A stretch of DNA of 64,000 nt, from assembly GCA_934277435.1 (NCBI GenBank), contig CAKQUE010000001.1:781-64780 (forward strand), read 5' to 3'. Below the pieces are notes generated by a model. That model did no database searches. It had not been told where the DNA came from and saw only the letters and a program-made list of their open reading frames with translations. This document shows positions 8,128 to 18,341 of the stretch, piece by piece (position 1 is the first letter of the stretch; each line of letters opens with the position of its first letter). The DNA is from an uncultured Alphaproteobacteria bacterium (GTDB lineage: Bacteria; Pseudomonadota; Alphaproteobacteria; RF32; CAG-239). A program made the translations under genes and the position numbers.

Positions 8128-8997
8128 CTACTTTCTAAAAGTTGTATTGAAATATTTGAAAAACTGCGAATCCGGAGAAAGCACCAAAGAAGTTTCATTA
8201 TCTCCAAGCGATTTGCGATAAGCTTCCAAACTGCGATAAAACTCATAGAAATCCACGTCTTTCCCCACAGTCTTATTCCAAATAGCCACTGCTTCTTTAT
8301 CTCCTTCGCCTCGCAGTATCTGTGATTGTTTTTCGGCCTCTGCCACTATAATTGCGGCTTCTTTATCTGCGGTGGCACGAATGTTTTGAGCTTTTTGCTG
8401 ACCTTTGGCGCGAAACTCTTTAGCGTCACGCTGGCGTTCGGTTTTCATCCGTTCATTAATGGCCTGCATAACTTCAATCGGCAAATCGGCACGGCGAATC
8501 CGCACATCGGCCACACTCACACCAATGGCTTCCGCATCTTTTTTTACCGTTTTGCTGATATCCGCCATAATTTGCGTACGTTGCTGCGACAGCAATTCAG
8601 TCAAAGTCACACGTCCCAAAACTTTTCGCAATGACGAATTAACAATTTCTTCCAATTTGCTACGCGCCTGCGTTTCTGTTTTTACGGTTTTATAAAATTT
8701 AAGAGGGTCAACAATTTGATAACGAGTAAAGCTGTCTACATCCAAACGTTTTTTATCATTCAAAACCACCTCTTGAGCCGGTGGATCCAAATTGAGCAGG
8801 CGAGAGTCATAGAATACAACTTTTTGAATAAACGGAATTTTAAATTTCAATCCGGCCTCGTTAACCAATCGTATAGGTTTGCCGAATTGCAAAACTATAG
8901 CCTGTTCCGGCTGATAGACAATATATACAGAACTCTGGACCAACCCCAGAGCGACTAATCCCAGAAAAATATAAAACTGCGCTTTAAATAAACTCAT
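8128..8997 (-). CDS. hflC: Protease modulator HflC (SPFH/band-7)
   Basis: 289 aa; N-terminal TM + SPFH domain; paired with hflK. Confidence 0.8.
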   Translation of the reverse strand: MSLFKAQFYIFLGLVALGLVQSSVYIVYQPEQAIVLQFGKPIRLVNEAGLKFKIPFIQKVVFYDSRLLNLDPPAQEVVLNDKKRLDVDSFTRYQIVDPLKFYKTVKTETQARSKLEEIVNSSLRKVLGRVTLTELLSQQRTQIMADISKTVKKDAEAIGVSVADVRIRRADLPIEVMQAINERMKTERQRDAKEFRAKGQQKAQNIRATADKEAAIIVAEAEKQSQILRGEGDKEAVAIWNKTVGKDVDFYEFYRSLEAYRKSLGDNETSLVLSPDSQFFKYFNTTFRK

Positions 8998-9001
8998 TTT
9001 C

Positions 9002-10084
9002 TTAATCCTTTGTTTGCGTTTGCGGGGTATTCAGCTGTAAAATCGGCAATAAATTACCTTTTTGCGACGGGTCAACAATAACTTTGTTAGACTTTTGCAA
9101 AACATCTTCCATGGCTTCCAAATACATTTTCTTTATGGTTACTTCTTTTCCCGACTTGTAGGCTGCATATACTGATGCGAATCTGTCCGCCTCACCTTGC
9201 GCTTTGTTAATCATTGTCGCTTTATAAGCCTCTGCATCTTGCAAAACTTGCGCCGCTTTACCGCGTGCTTTTGGCAAAACCTCATTACGGTAAGCCTCAG
9301 CCTCGTTTTTGAAACGTTCCATATCCGCTTTGGCGCGCTGCACTTCATTAAATGCATCAACAACTTCTCTTGGGGGATCAGCCTTTTGCAGTTTTACGCG
9401 CACAATTTGAATTCCGGCGCCAAACTCATCTAAAACATGCTGCAATTCATCTTTGGTGTCATCTTCAACTTTGCCGCGGTCGCCTGTGATAATCGGCTGC
9501 ATTTCTGATTGTCCGACAATTTCACGCAACACAGATTGCGCCGCCACGCTCACTGTGGCGTCAGGACTGCGCATATTAAACAAATAATCCTTAGCGTCTT
9601 TAATTTTCCAAACAATAGTCAAGTTTATATCCACAATATTTTCATCTCCGGTCAGCATATGGCTTTCCGTAAACGCATTATTGCGGTAGTCGCGATTTTC
9701 AGCCGAACCAAGATTGATACTACGTTCTTGCGTCACATTCACTTTTATCACATCTTCAATCGGATATGGCAAATGATAATGCAAACCAGCGTCCGTAGTG
9801 TCAACATAGCGGCCAAAACGTAAAATCACACCTTGCTCGCTAGGCTGCACCTGATAGAATCCCGAAGACAGCCATATGAGAGCCAACAAAAGCAAAACAC
9901 CTTTGAAATAGCCGCCAAAGTTGTCTTTTGACCCTTGCATTTTGGCAATCTTAGTAAAATCAACAATTTTGTTTTTCTTAAACATTTCTCCGCCTAAAGA
10001 CCAGCCGTCTTCATCGCCGCTGTTATCCCAAGGATTTATTTTTTTTACCATTGTTTTTCCTTTTATTTTAAATAATTCTTGCAA
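9002..10084 (-). CDS. hflK: Protease modulator HflK (SPFH/band-7)
   Basis: 360 aa; TM LLLLALIWLSSGFY then SPFH domain; hflK-hflC-degP order. Confidence 0.8.
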   Translation of the reverse strand: MQELFKIKGKTMVKKINPWDNSGDEDGWSLGGEMFKKNKIVDFTKIAKMQGSKDNFGGYFKGVLLLLALIWLSSGFYQVQPSEQGVILRFGRYVDTTDAGLHYHLPYPIEDVIKVNVTQERSINLGSAENRDYRNNAFTESHMLTGDENIVDINLTIVWKIKDAKDYLFNMRSPDATVSVAAQSVLREIVGQSEMQPIITGDRGKVEDDTKDELQHVLDEFGAGIQIVRVKLQKADPPREVVDAFNEVQRAKADMERFKNEAEAYRNEVLPKARGKAAQVLQDAEAYKATMINKAQGEADRFASVYAAYKSGKEVTIKKMYLEAMEDVLQKSNKVIVDPSQKGNLLPILQLNTPQTQTKD

Positions 10085-10124
10085 TAAGATAACCTACATA
10101 TTAGATAAAAACAATTAATGAACA

Positions 10125-11150
10125 ATGAATATCCACATTATGGAGATAATAATGACACCGGAAGAAATCAAAAAAATATGTCAACAATTTTATCCGATTG
10201 AAAATTTGGCGAATCTGAAAGAAATTGGCAACCGCTTGATTTTAGAGTTTAAAAATTTGGCAGAAAATACCGCTAAGACTGCAGAGTTGAAGCAAGTTCT
10301 TGCCGCCGCTCTGCAGGATAAAAAAATATCCATTGTGTTTGTGGAGGATAAAAACGCTAATCTCGGCACCAACGCTATTGAAAAATGGCAGCTGCCAACA
10401 GTGAAAAAAATTATCGGTGTAGCCTCTGGAAAAGGCGGTGTTGGCAAGTCAACCACCTCGGTCAATCTAGCCTTAGCCTTGGCGCATGAGGGTAAAAAAG
10501 TAGCTTTGGTCGACGCCGACATTTATGGTCCATCAATTCCGACAATGCTTGGCTATGAAGGACAACCACTGCTTTCTGACGACGGGCAAACCTTTAATCC
10601 GTTTGAAACATACAACATAAAATCTATTTCAATCGGCTCGTTAATCAGCCGCGACACCCCGATAATTTGGCGCGGCGTAAAAATCAGCAGTGCTTTGGAG
10701 CAGCTGATGACACAGACTAATTGGGGCGAAATTGATATTATGGTTATTGATATGCCGCCGGGAACGGGAGATATTCAAATTACTTTATCTCAGCGCGTGA
10801 ATATGGACGGCGTTGTTATTGTTTCCACCCCGCAAGACATTGCTCTGATAGACGCTATTAAAGGCGTGAATATGTTCAAAAAAACCGGTACGCCGATTTT
10901 GGGAATTATTGAAAACATGAGCTATTTTATTTGTCCTTGCTGCGGAGCTCGTTCGGATATTTTCGGACACGAGGGAGCTAAGCAAACAGCAGAAAAAATG
11001 GGCGAAACCTTTTTGGGAGAAATTCCATTGGATATGGCAATCCGCCAAAACGCCGACAAAGGCACGCCGATTGTAGTTTCCGCGCCAAACAGTCCGTATA
11101 GTCAGGCTTATTTAGATATTGCTCAAAAAATTATTCAGCGAATCGGATAA
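10125..11150 (+). CDS. apbC: Fe-S cluster carrier ATPase Mrp/ApbC (ParA/MinD superfamily)
   Basis: Deviant Walker A GKGGVGKSTTSVNLA; CxxC (CPCC) motif. Confidence 0.85.
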   Translation: MNIHIMEIIMTPEEIKKICQQFYPIENLANLKEIGNRLILEFKNLAENTAKTAELKQVLAAALQDKKISIVFVEDKNANLGTNAIEKWQLPTVKKIIGVASGKGGVGKSTTSVNLALALAHEGKKVALVDADIYGPSIPTMLGYEGQPLLSDDGQTFNPFETYNIKSISIGSLISRDTPIIWRGVKISSALEQLMTQTNWGEIDIMVIDMPPGTGDIQITLSQRVNMDGVVIVSTPQDIALIDAIKGVNMFKKTGTPILGIIENMSYFICPCCGARSDIFGHEGAKQTAEKMGETFLGEIPLDMAIRQNADKGTPIVVSAPNSPYSQAYLDIAQKIIQRIG

Positions 11151-11231
11151 TATTTTGAATAATAACATCAAAGGGCGGAGCTTGAAAACTCCGCCTCACG
11201 ATTTTACACCATTTTCAATATAATCCAGTTC

Positions 11232-12029
11232 CTATTTAGCTTCTTTTTCTTCCTTCAAAGGATAGTCTTGTTTTTTGAAAAAGCCTTTGCGTTCTTTGCG
11301 GCTCATCGACCAGATATTACCCCAGCCGTTTATCGGCTGCACTTCATACTGCGACTTAAAATTAAAATCACGGGAAAAAAACAGCGACGTGGTTTTGGTA
11401 TAGTTGTTCATCGGGCAGAAGCCATAAAAATCAACCTGCAATAAATTGGCCTCGCGTAAATATTTTACAGCGTTAAAATATTCCAAACTCGTATTAATCC
11501 GGTCACTGTCGTCCAAAATTATCAATCCACCGCTTGCCAGAGCTTTGACGGCATTGGCGGCGCACTCGGCGCGGCGTTTGCCATCTACCACAATCACATC
11601 ATATTTTTCGCCGTCAGCAAAAATCATATCTTCATAGCCTTGTTTTTCATCACAATAGCGCATTTGCCAATTGGGTGCGCTAAACTCGGCAGAAAATTTT
11701 TCAAACCATTCCGGCTTGTCTTCTATACTGATAACCTTTTGCGCGCGTTTAGCCCAATACATAGACGAATAGCCTGTGCCAAATTCAAAAATTTTCTTTT
11801 GACTATAATCAAACTGCGACAAATATTCAATCGCCGGATACGTATACCATGGAATCGGATTGCCATCTCTGTCCAAACATACTTTTTCATTCATACTGCG
11901 CTCAATGGCAAAATCTTTGCGCCACATATCTATAAACTGCTGGAAACGCTGACTATACATTTTTATATCTCCTACATTGCCTATAGCAGTATTTTTAGAA
12001 AAAGCCAAGAGTTTTCCGTTTATCTGCAA
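11232..12029 (-). CDS. Class I SAM-dependent methyltransferase (FkbM/TylF-like)
   Basis: Motif I IFEFGTGYSS; acidic DVIVVDG…GGLIILDD. Confidence 0.5.
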   Translation of the reverse strand: MQINGKLLAFSKNTAIGNVGDIKMYSQRFQQFIDMWRKDFAIERSMNEKVCLDRDGNPIPWYTYPAIEYLSQFDYSQKKIFEFGTGYSSMYWAKRAQKVISIEDKPEWFEKFSAEFSAPNWQMRYCDEKQGYEDMIFADGEKYDVIVVDGKRRAECAANAVKALASGGLIILDDSDRINTSLEYFNAVKYLREANLLQVDFYGFCPMNNYTKTTSLFFSRDFNFKSQYEVQPINGWGNIWSMSRKERKGFFKKQDYPLKEEKEAK

Positions 12030-12098
12030 TATTTATTGATTTTCAAAAAAATTCACCTTATATTTTAGTGTAGATAATAAATTAAGGAGGAATTTTAA

Positions 12099-12830
12099 AT
12101 GTTAGAATCAGAACAAATTGTTCGCAAATCAGCCATTGAACGCGTGGACGAAGGTTTACGCCAATATATGATTAAAGTCTTTAATTATATGGGTGTTGGC
12201 TTGGCTATCACCACACTTGCAGCTTATGTGACTTTGTACACTTCTGTAATTTCGTGGATGTTTAATGTCGACCAAGCTGCCCAAACAATCTCGCTCTCTG
12301 CTTTTGGCTGGATTGTTTCGTTGGCTCCATTGGCTATGATTTTTGCCTTCAACGCAATTTTAAGCAAAGGCAGCCTCGCTGCAGCGCAAATTATGTTTTG
12401 GGCTTTTTCTGTGGTTATGGGTATGTCACTGGCCAATGTTGGTCTGCTTTATACCAGCGATAGTATTGTCCGCGTATTTTTAATCACAGCGGCAACCTTT
12501 GGCGGCATGAGTCTATTGGGTTACACCACAAAAAAAGATTTAACTAAAATCGGCTCTTTTATGATTATGGGACTTTGGGGTATAATCATCGCCAGCATCG
12601 TCAATATCTTTTTGAAAAGCAGCGGTTTGTATTTTGCCATTTCATACATTGCCGTGTTGGTTTTCACTGTTTTGACTGCCTATGACGTACAAAAAATTAA
12701 AAATATGTATTATTCAGCAGATAGCAGTGACAATATGTCGCGCAAAGCTATTGCCGGTGCGATGAATCTTTATTTGGATTTTATCAACCTGTTTATCTAT
12801 TTAATGAGAATCATGGGTGATAGAAAATAA
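12099..12830 (+). CDS. BAX inhibitor-1/YccA family membrane protein
   Basis: 243 aa, ~7 TM segments, typical BI-1 length/profile. Confidence 0.65.
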   Translation: MLESEQIVRKSAIERVDEGLRQYMIKVFNYMGVGLAITTLAAYVTLYTSVISWMFNVDQAAQTISLSAFGWIVSLAPLAMIFAFNAILSKGSLAAAQIMFWAFSVVMGMSLANVGLLYTSDSIVRVFLITAATFGGMSLLGYTTKKDLTKIGSFMIMGLWGIIIASIVNIFLKSSGLYFAISYIAVLVFTVLTAYDVQKIKNMYYSADSSDNMSRKAIAGAMNLYLDFINLFIYLMRIMGDRK

Positions 12831-12856
12831 ATAAATTAATTGTCTGATATTTTTTA

Positions 12857-12894
12857 GCAAGCTGAACATAAACCGTTCAGCTTGTTTCTTTTTT
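12857..12894 (+). terminator. Rho-independent terminator
   Basis: agcaagctgaac…gttcagcttg stem followed by tttcttttttac. Confidence 0.6.
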
Positions 12895-12931
12895 ACTGGA
12901 CTTTTATATAAATCCTCTTAATATTCGGCAT

Positions 12932-13216
12932 ATGGATGAATTTGTTACGTTTTATGATATTTTAGAAATAAAAAAAGATGCCTCTTCTGCAGAAATAAAA
13001 GCGGCTTATCATGCGTTGGCTAAAAAATATCATCCAGATATCAGCACAACCGACAACCAACAAGAATTTGAAGAAAAATTCAAAAAGATAAATGAAGCCT
13101 ATTCAACTTTGTCGGAAGCAAAATCCAGAAAAGAATATGACCATAAATTAAAAGACTTAGAAAAAGAACATCTTGAAAAGCTTACCAAAACACGCAAAAT
13201 CAAATCAATCAGCTAA
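12932..13216 (+). CDS. J-domain protein (DnaJ domain only)
   Basis: FYDILEIKKDASSAEIKAAYHALAKKYHPD with HPD tripeptide. Confidence 0.7.
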   Translation: MDEFVTFYDILEIKKDASSAEIKAAYHALAKKYHPDISTTDNQQEFEEKFKKINEAYSTLSEAKSRKEYDHKLKDLEKEHLEKLTKTRKIKSIS

Positions 13217-13272
13217 ATTGCAAATTACAACAATACAAAGAAGATCTACGCCAAAAACAAACTTTTTCTTTT

Positions 13273-14109
13273 TTGCACAAAAATGATGGAGGAGATTACA
13301 AAACCGAAACAACAAAGCCCGAAAATACCGACAACAATGATGCTTTTGATGATACATTTAATACACCATATGTTCCGCCGGTAAAGTTAAAAAAGCAAAT
13401 CTTTGATATCTTAAAATATCAAACAACTTCCATGCTAAAACAGCTTGCAGCCGCCGCTTTTATTGTTATTGCCGTGTATTCTGTTATCCATTTTTACTTT
13501 AACGAACTGGCGTTACAAATCAGAAATTCTATTTTAGCCGCCTGTATAGTGTTACTAATATTTGCCGGATACCGCGCTTTTTTTACCATTTTTACAACTT
13601 CGCACACAATTTTGATGCTTGTTTCAAAATCAAGTAAAGGAGTTTCTTTTGTAAAAACAAAAAATGTACTTTATTGTATAAACAAAGCCGCGTCGCTTAA
13701 AAACGGTGTTATAGTTTTGATTTTAGCAGCTATAACAATGATTACAATAATTAAGGTTATAGACAATATAAATGATTTATTTCCTCCTCAAAAAAATTCT
13801 GCGCTGCAAAGCTTTATGGATTTTTACGCTAATAATTTATTTGCTTTCTCCGCATATTTAATGGTTTGGCTCTGTGTGATATATTCGTATGTTGTCATCA
13901 CCATGGAATTTGCCAAATACGTTTGTCCGTCTTGTCATTCGGCCTTCAGCTATTTCTATAACAAAACTTATTACACCGAAGACGGTCATCATGTTGAACA
14001 TGGTGTATATTACCGCGATTATATAAAAAATGAGGTTACACAGTGCGATATTTGCAGCTACCAGACAACTTTGAGTTTCCGCCAAAAAGAAAAAGTCTCC
14101 CAACAATAA
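13273..14109 (+). CDS. Membrane protein with C-terminal Cys4 zinc-ribbon-like motif
   Basis: Several TM helices; CPSCH…CDICSY. Confidence 0.4.
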   Translation: MHKNDGGDYKTETTKPENTDNNDAFDDTFNTPYVPPVKLKKQIFDILKYQTTSMLKQLAAAAFIVIAVYSVIHFYFNELALQIRNSILAACIVLLIFAGYRAFFTIFTTSHTILMLVSKSSKGVSFVKTKNVLYCINKAASLKNGVIVLILAAITMITIIKVIDNINDLFPPQKNSALQSFMDFYANNLFAFSAYLMVWLCVIYSYVVITMEFAKYVCPSCHSAFSYFYNKTYYTEDGHHVEHGVYYRDYIKNEVTQCDICSYQTTLSFRQKEKVSQQ

Positions 14110-14128
14110 GCTGTTATAAACTTTTTTA

Positions 14129-14157
14129 TTGACTTCAACGCATTATATGTTTATAAA
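14129..14157 (+). promoter_or_regulatory. Sigma70-like promoter for rpmH-rnpA-yidD-yidC operon
   Basis: TTGACT (14129-34) -17 nt- TATAAA (14152-57), ~70 nt upstream of rpmH ATG. Confidence 0.45.
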
Positions 14158-14228
14158 GAGAGCGAAAAATACCGAGAGTCTGCATGGGGCAGGCTTTAAA
14201 TAACTAATAATTAACCGGAGATTTTAAA

Positions 14229-14363
14229 ATGAAAAGAACTTATCAGCCAAGTAAATTGGTACGCACTCGCCGTCACGGCTTTAGAACTCGTATGGCAACC
14301 GTTGGCGGACGCAAAGTATTATCAGCCCGCAGAGCCAGAGGCCGTAAAAGAATTTCTGCTTAA
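14229..14363 (+). CDS. rpmH: 50S ribosomal protein L34
   Basis: [51 protein letters not shown] upstream; not in ORF track (short). Confidence 0.9.
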   Translation: MKRTYQPSKLVRTRRHGFRTRMATVGGRKVLSARRARGRKRISA

Positions 14364-14373
14364 AGTAGCAAAA

Positions 14374-14778
14374 ATGAGTGAATTCTTAATTCTAAAAAAA
14401 AGAAAAGATTTTCTCAGAGCCGCCAAAGACATTACCATGGTTTCTAAAAACGTGATGTTACAGGCGGCTCGCCCTTTATCTGCTGATATTTCAGCAGAAG
14501 AAAGCCGTAAAGCTCGAATCGGTTTTACAGCGACAAAGCGTTTGGGCAAAGCCCATATCCGTAACCGCACAAAACGACGTCTGCGCGCTGTTGTGCGAGA
14601 AATCTACAAAAAATATGCACTAGATAACGTTGATTATGTATTGGTTGGGCGTTTTGATACCTGGTGCTGCCCGTACGAAGATTTGAAACGCGACGTTATT
14701 TGGACTTTCCGTAAAACCAACAAAATGATTTTGCAAAGTGATGAGAATGCTGAAAAAACTACTCATTCTACCAATTAA
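14374..14778 (+). CDS. rnpA: RNase P protein component
   Basis: Basic RNR motif region ([22 protein letters not shown]). Start placed at the internal Met (ATG 14374); the ORF-track start at 14302 would overlap rpmH. Confidence 0.75.
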   Translation: MSEFLILKKRKDFLRAAKDITMVSKNVMLQAARPLSADISAEESRKARIGFTATKRLGKAHIRNRTKRRLRAVVREIYKKYALDNVDYVLVGRFDTWCCPYEDLKRDVIWTFRKTNKMILQSDENAEKTTHSTN

Positions 14779-14986
14779 AATTTATCAGCTCTGCATTTCA
14801 CCTTGGTGCTCTGGAGTTTGCCGTTTTAGACCGACCTGCTCTCAATATATGATTGAAGCCATCCAAATTCATGGTGTTTGCAAAGGACTATATTTAGGCA
14901 TAAAGCGGATTTTGCGCTGCAATCCGTGGGGCGGAAGCGGATATGACCCAGTACCGCCAAAAGAAACAAAGCATAAGTCGCTATAA
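14738..14986 (+). CDS. yidD: Membrane protein insertion efficiency factor YidD
   Basis: YQ…ISP…CRF.PTCSQY…A…G motif. Confidence 0.8.
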   Translation: MMRMLKKLLILPIKIYQLCISPWCSGVCRFRPTCSQYMIEAIQIHGVCKGLYLGIKRILRCNPWGGSGYDPVPPKETKHKSL

Positions 14987-15048
14987 TTGCTTGCCTTTTC
15001 AGCAATTTTATTTTAGATAGAAGAAGATTTGTTTAATGGGAGCTTACT

Positions 15049-16722
15049 ATGTCAAGTGATGATTTCAAAAGTTTTATAACCGCTGTTTTTTTATCGGCTT
15101 TAGTTGTGCTGGGTTTTAACTATTTCTTTCCGCAACAAACAACAGAAACTACAGTTGTGACCGAAGAGGCGCAAACGCCTGTTGCTGAAGAAATGCCTAA
15201 AACAAACGATACGGCAGTAACAATTTATGCGCCGGTTGACGAAGTGCTTAAACAAGATGAACGCCTAAAAATCAGCAACGGCGTTATTAACGGCAGCATT
15301 CGCTTGAAGGGCGCTCGTTTTGATGAAATTCTGCTTGATAAATACAAACTTACTTTAGACGCGGATAGTCCGGATGTTGAGCTTTTATCTCCAGCTAAAA
15401 CCGAAAACTCTTATTACGCAGACTATGGCTGGCTTTCCGGTGACAAAAGTTTATTGCTCCCAAATAAAGACACACTGTGGACGGTTGCCGGTAATCAGGA
15501 ATTGACGCCAAGTACGCCGGTTACGCTGGTTTGGCAAAATGGACAAGGCGTTAAATTTATGTATACAATCAGCCTTGATGACAATTACCTGTTTGACATA
15601 AAACAAACAGTAGAAAACAACAGCGGACATGAAATCACGGTTTATCCGTATGGTTTGTTCAGCAAAACAATCGCCAATGAACAAAACAGCCGCAGTGTAG
15701 TGCATGAAGGCTTTACCGGTATTATTGACGGTGATTTAAAAGAAATTAGATACAGTGAGCTTGACAAAGAAAAAGAGCCTGAAACTTTCGAAACAACGGG
15801 CGGCTGGATTTCTTTGACCGACAGATATTGGTTCAGCGCTTTTATCTTTAATGACACCTACAAAGCAAAAGTAACCTTGCGTAAAACCAATGACGACACT
15901 TTCCAGCTGGACTTTAAAGGTCTGCCAATGCAAATTCAGTCCGGCAGCTCAGCAAGTTTCAGCTCGCAAATGTACGCCGGCGCTAAAGAAATTAAACTTT
16001 TAGATAAGTATTCAGAAAACATCAAAAAATTTGACTTAAACGTTGATTTTGGCTGGTATTACTTTTTAACTAAACCATTCTTCTATATTTTGGATTACCT
16101 GTATCGTTTAATTGGCAATATGGGCTGGGCAATTCTGCTGTTTGCGGCTTTGCTGCGTCTGCTGATGTTTCCAATTGCTAACAAGTCATACGAGAGTATG
16201 TCTAAAATGAAAAAATTGCAGCCTAAAATGCGAGAGCTGCAAGAAACATACAAAGATGATAAAATGGCGTTACAGCGCGCAACTATGGAGCTTTATAGCC
16301 GCGAAAAAGTTAATCCGGCTTCCGGCTGTCTGCCGCTGTTTATTCAAATTCCGATTTTCTTCTCACTGTATAAGGTGTTGAATATCGCAATTGAAATCCG
16401 TCATGCACCGTTTATCGGCTGGATTAAAGATTTGTCTGCTCCGGACCCGCTGACAATTTCAACTTGGGCGCATATTTATGTTCCGTCTTTGCTGGATATT
16501 GGCGTATGGCCTCTAATTTACGGCGTTACCATGTTTATTCAACAAAAACTTAATCCGGCTCCGACAAACAAAGACCAAGCACGCATCATGGCGATGATGC
16601 CGCTGATTTTTATGATAATGTTTGCACATTTTGCCGTAGGTTTGGTAATTTATTGGACTCTGAGCAACATCTTGTCGGTTATTCAGCAAAGATATATCAT
16701 GTATAAAAACGGGGTAAAATGA
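15049..16722 (+). CDS. yidC: Membrane protein insertase YidC
   Basis: 557 aa; N-terminal TM, large periplasmic domain, conserved C-terminal 5-TM core. Confidence 0.9.
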   Translation: MSSDDFKSFITAVFLSALVVLGFNYFFPQQTTETTVVTEEAQTPVAEEMPKTNDTAVTIYAPVDEVLKQDERLKISNGVINGSIRLKGARFDEILLDKYKLTLDADSPDVELLSPAKTENSYYADYGWLSGDKSLLLPNKDTLWTVAGNQELTPSTPVTLVWQNGQGVKFMYTISLDDNYLFDIKQTVENNSGHEITVYPYGLFSKTIANEQNSRSVVHEGFTGIIDGDLKEIRYSELDKEKEPETFETTGGWISLTDRYWFSAFIFNDTYKAKVTLRKTNDDTFQLDFKGLPMQIQSGSSASFSSQMYAGAKEIKLLDKYSENIKKFDLNVDFGWYYFLTKPFFYILDYLYRLIGNMGWAILLFAALLRLLMFPIANKSYESMSKMKKLQPKMRELQETYKDDKMALQRATMELYSREKVNPASGCLPLFIQIPIFFSLYKVLNIAIEIRHAPFIGWIKDLSAPDPLTISTWAHIYVPSLLDIGVWPLIYGVTMFIQQKLNPAPTNKDQARIMAMMPLIFMIMFAHFAVGLVIYWTLSNILSVIQQRYIMYKNGVK

Positions 16723-17354
16723 GCGAAAAATTTACTAAAGAAGAATTACTGGCTGCTAATGTGCAATTCACAAGACCTTGTAATTTTGTGATTAGTGTGG
16801 CTAATTTAGTGCAATTGCCGGAATCCGATTTTGATGAAGTTGCTTTTGCCGGACGTTCTAATGTTGGCAAATCAAGTTTGATTAATGCTTTGTTTAATCA
16901 GACAAAGCTGGCTAAAACCTCATGCACCCCTGGGCGCACACAGCAGCTGAATTTTTTTAACTTTGATAATAAGCTGTATTTGGTTGACTTGCCTGGGTAT
17001 GGCTATGCCAAAGCGCCGGAAAAACTAGTCAAACAATGGCAAGTTGTCTTAAAAACATATTTGCGCGGAAGGCCTACTTTGCGCAGAGTTTTTCTGTTGA
17101 TAGATTCCCGCCATGGCTTAAAAAAAGAAGACCGTGAAATTATGAAATTGCTTGACGAATCTGCGGTTACTTATCAAGTTGTGTTAACCAAAATTGATAA
17201 AATTTCTGAAAAAGCCTTATCGACAGTCAGTCTGTCAATTATTGAAGAATTGAAAAAACACGCAGCGGCTATGCCCGAACCACTAGCAACAAGTTCCGAA
17301 AAGAAAATCGGCCTTGATATTCTCAAAGCCGAAATTTGCTCTTTTATGAAATAA
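16719..17354 (+). CDS. engB: Ribosome biogenesis GTPase YihA/EngB
   Basis: G1 GRSNVGKSSLIN, G3 DLPGYG, G4 TKIDK; 4-nt overlap with yidC. Confidence 0.85.
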   Translation: MSEKFTKEELLAANVQFTRPCNFVISVANLVQLPESDFDEVAFAGRSNVGKSSLINALFNQTKLAKTSCTPGRTQQLNFFNFDNKLYLVDLPGYGYAKAPEKLVKQWQVVLKTYLRGRPTLRRVFLLIDSRHGLKKEDREIMKLLDESAVTYQVVLTKIDKISEKALSTVSLSIIEELKKHAAAMPEPLATSSEKKIGLDILKAEICSFMK

Positions 17355-17357
17355 ATT

Positions 17358-18332
17358 CTAGGTTACTTCAGTAATAGCACGCGTATTGCCTAAACGGCAA
17401 ATTTGCACCACGTGCAGTTTACGTTTCATTTCATCAAGTGTTTGCTCAACATTTACCGTACCTTGTGTAGAAGCTTGAATACGTTTGATAAATTGCAGAT
17501 AAGCTTCTTGCGAACTTTCGGCGTGGATGGTGGCAAAACAGTTATCGTGACCTGAACCCATCAGCTGCCAAATACCACTGGCGTTACTTGTGGAAATCTC
17601 ACCGCCGATAATGGCGTCAGGCGTAAAACGCACAACCAAGTCGATAATTTTTGAATAGTCCATTTCATTAGCTTGATCGGTACGTGACATTACCAAGTGA
17701 ACACGGTTTGGATGTGGCACAATCAATTCGCGCGTATCTTCAACAGTAATAATTCGTTTGTGAATATCCAAAATCTTTAGCAGATTGTTCAAAAATGTTG
17801 TTTTACCGGTAGAAGTAGCACCGCTGACCAAAATATGTTCACCGCGCTTGATATACAAAAGTAAACGTTCGTATGCATCGTCAGGAACTTTAATATCTTT
17901 AAGAGGATTTAATTTTTGCAAAGCATGACCTTGACGCATACCATAATCTTCTAGTCCAAACGCCACATCATCAGAATGCAAACGAATTGCCAACGCCACA
18001 CCGCCGGTTAAATCTTCTTCATCATACATCACGTTACGGCCGCAAATCGCCGAAAAACGATGATCTCCCGGAATTGTGGCATAAACCAGCGGCGAACCTT
18101 GCAAAGGGTCAAATTTAAGTTCATAAGTGTTTGCAATAATATAAAGTAAATCAGTCAAATATGACTTAGATAACTTTTCATCTTTATACATAACCCACGG
18201 GTAGGCACGCTTTCCGCGCACACGCAACCAAATTTGCCCCGAGCGGTTAATTGCAACTTCCTCCAAATTATCCTGATTATACCAGTAGGACAACGGGCGC
18301 AAGACAGATTCCAAAACTGCAAAATCACTCAT
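17358..18332 (-). CDS. virB11: T4SS ATPase VirB11/TrbB
   Basis: 324 aa; Walker A GATSTGKTT; VirB11 length; last gene of the vir cluster, convergent on yihA with a 3-nt gap. Confidence 0.8.
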   Translation of the reverse strand: MSDFAVLESVLRPLSYWYNQDNLEEVAINRSGQIWLRVRGKRAYPWVMYKDEKLSKSYLTDLLYIIANTYELKFDPLQGSPLVYATIPGDHRFSAICGRNVMYDEEDLTGGVALAIRLHSDDVAFGLEDYGMRQGHALQKLNPLKDIKVPDDAYERLLLYIKRGEHILVSGATSTGKTTFLNNLLKILDIHKRIITVEDTRELIVPHPNRVHLVMSRTDQANEMDYSKIIDLVVRFTPDAIIGGEISTSNASGIWQLMGSGHDNCFATIHAESSQEAYLQFIKRIQASTQGTVNVEQTLDEMKRKLHVVQICRLGNTRAITEVT

Positions 18333-18341
18333 CTTTTTCTC

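Noticed and set aside
8124-8246. 41-aa N-terminal extension of DegP overlapping hflC
   Set aside because: The internal Met is followed by a typical signal peptide and removes the overlap.
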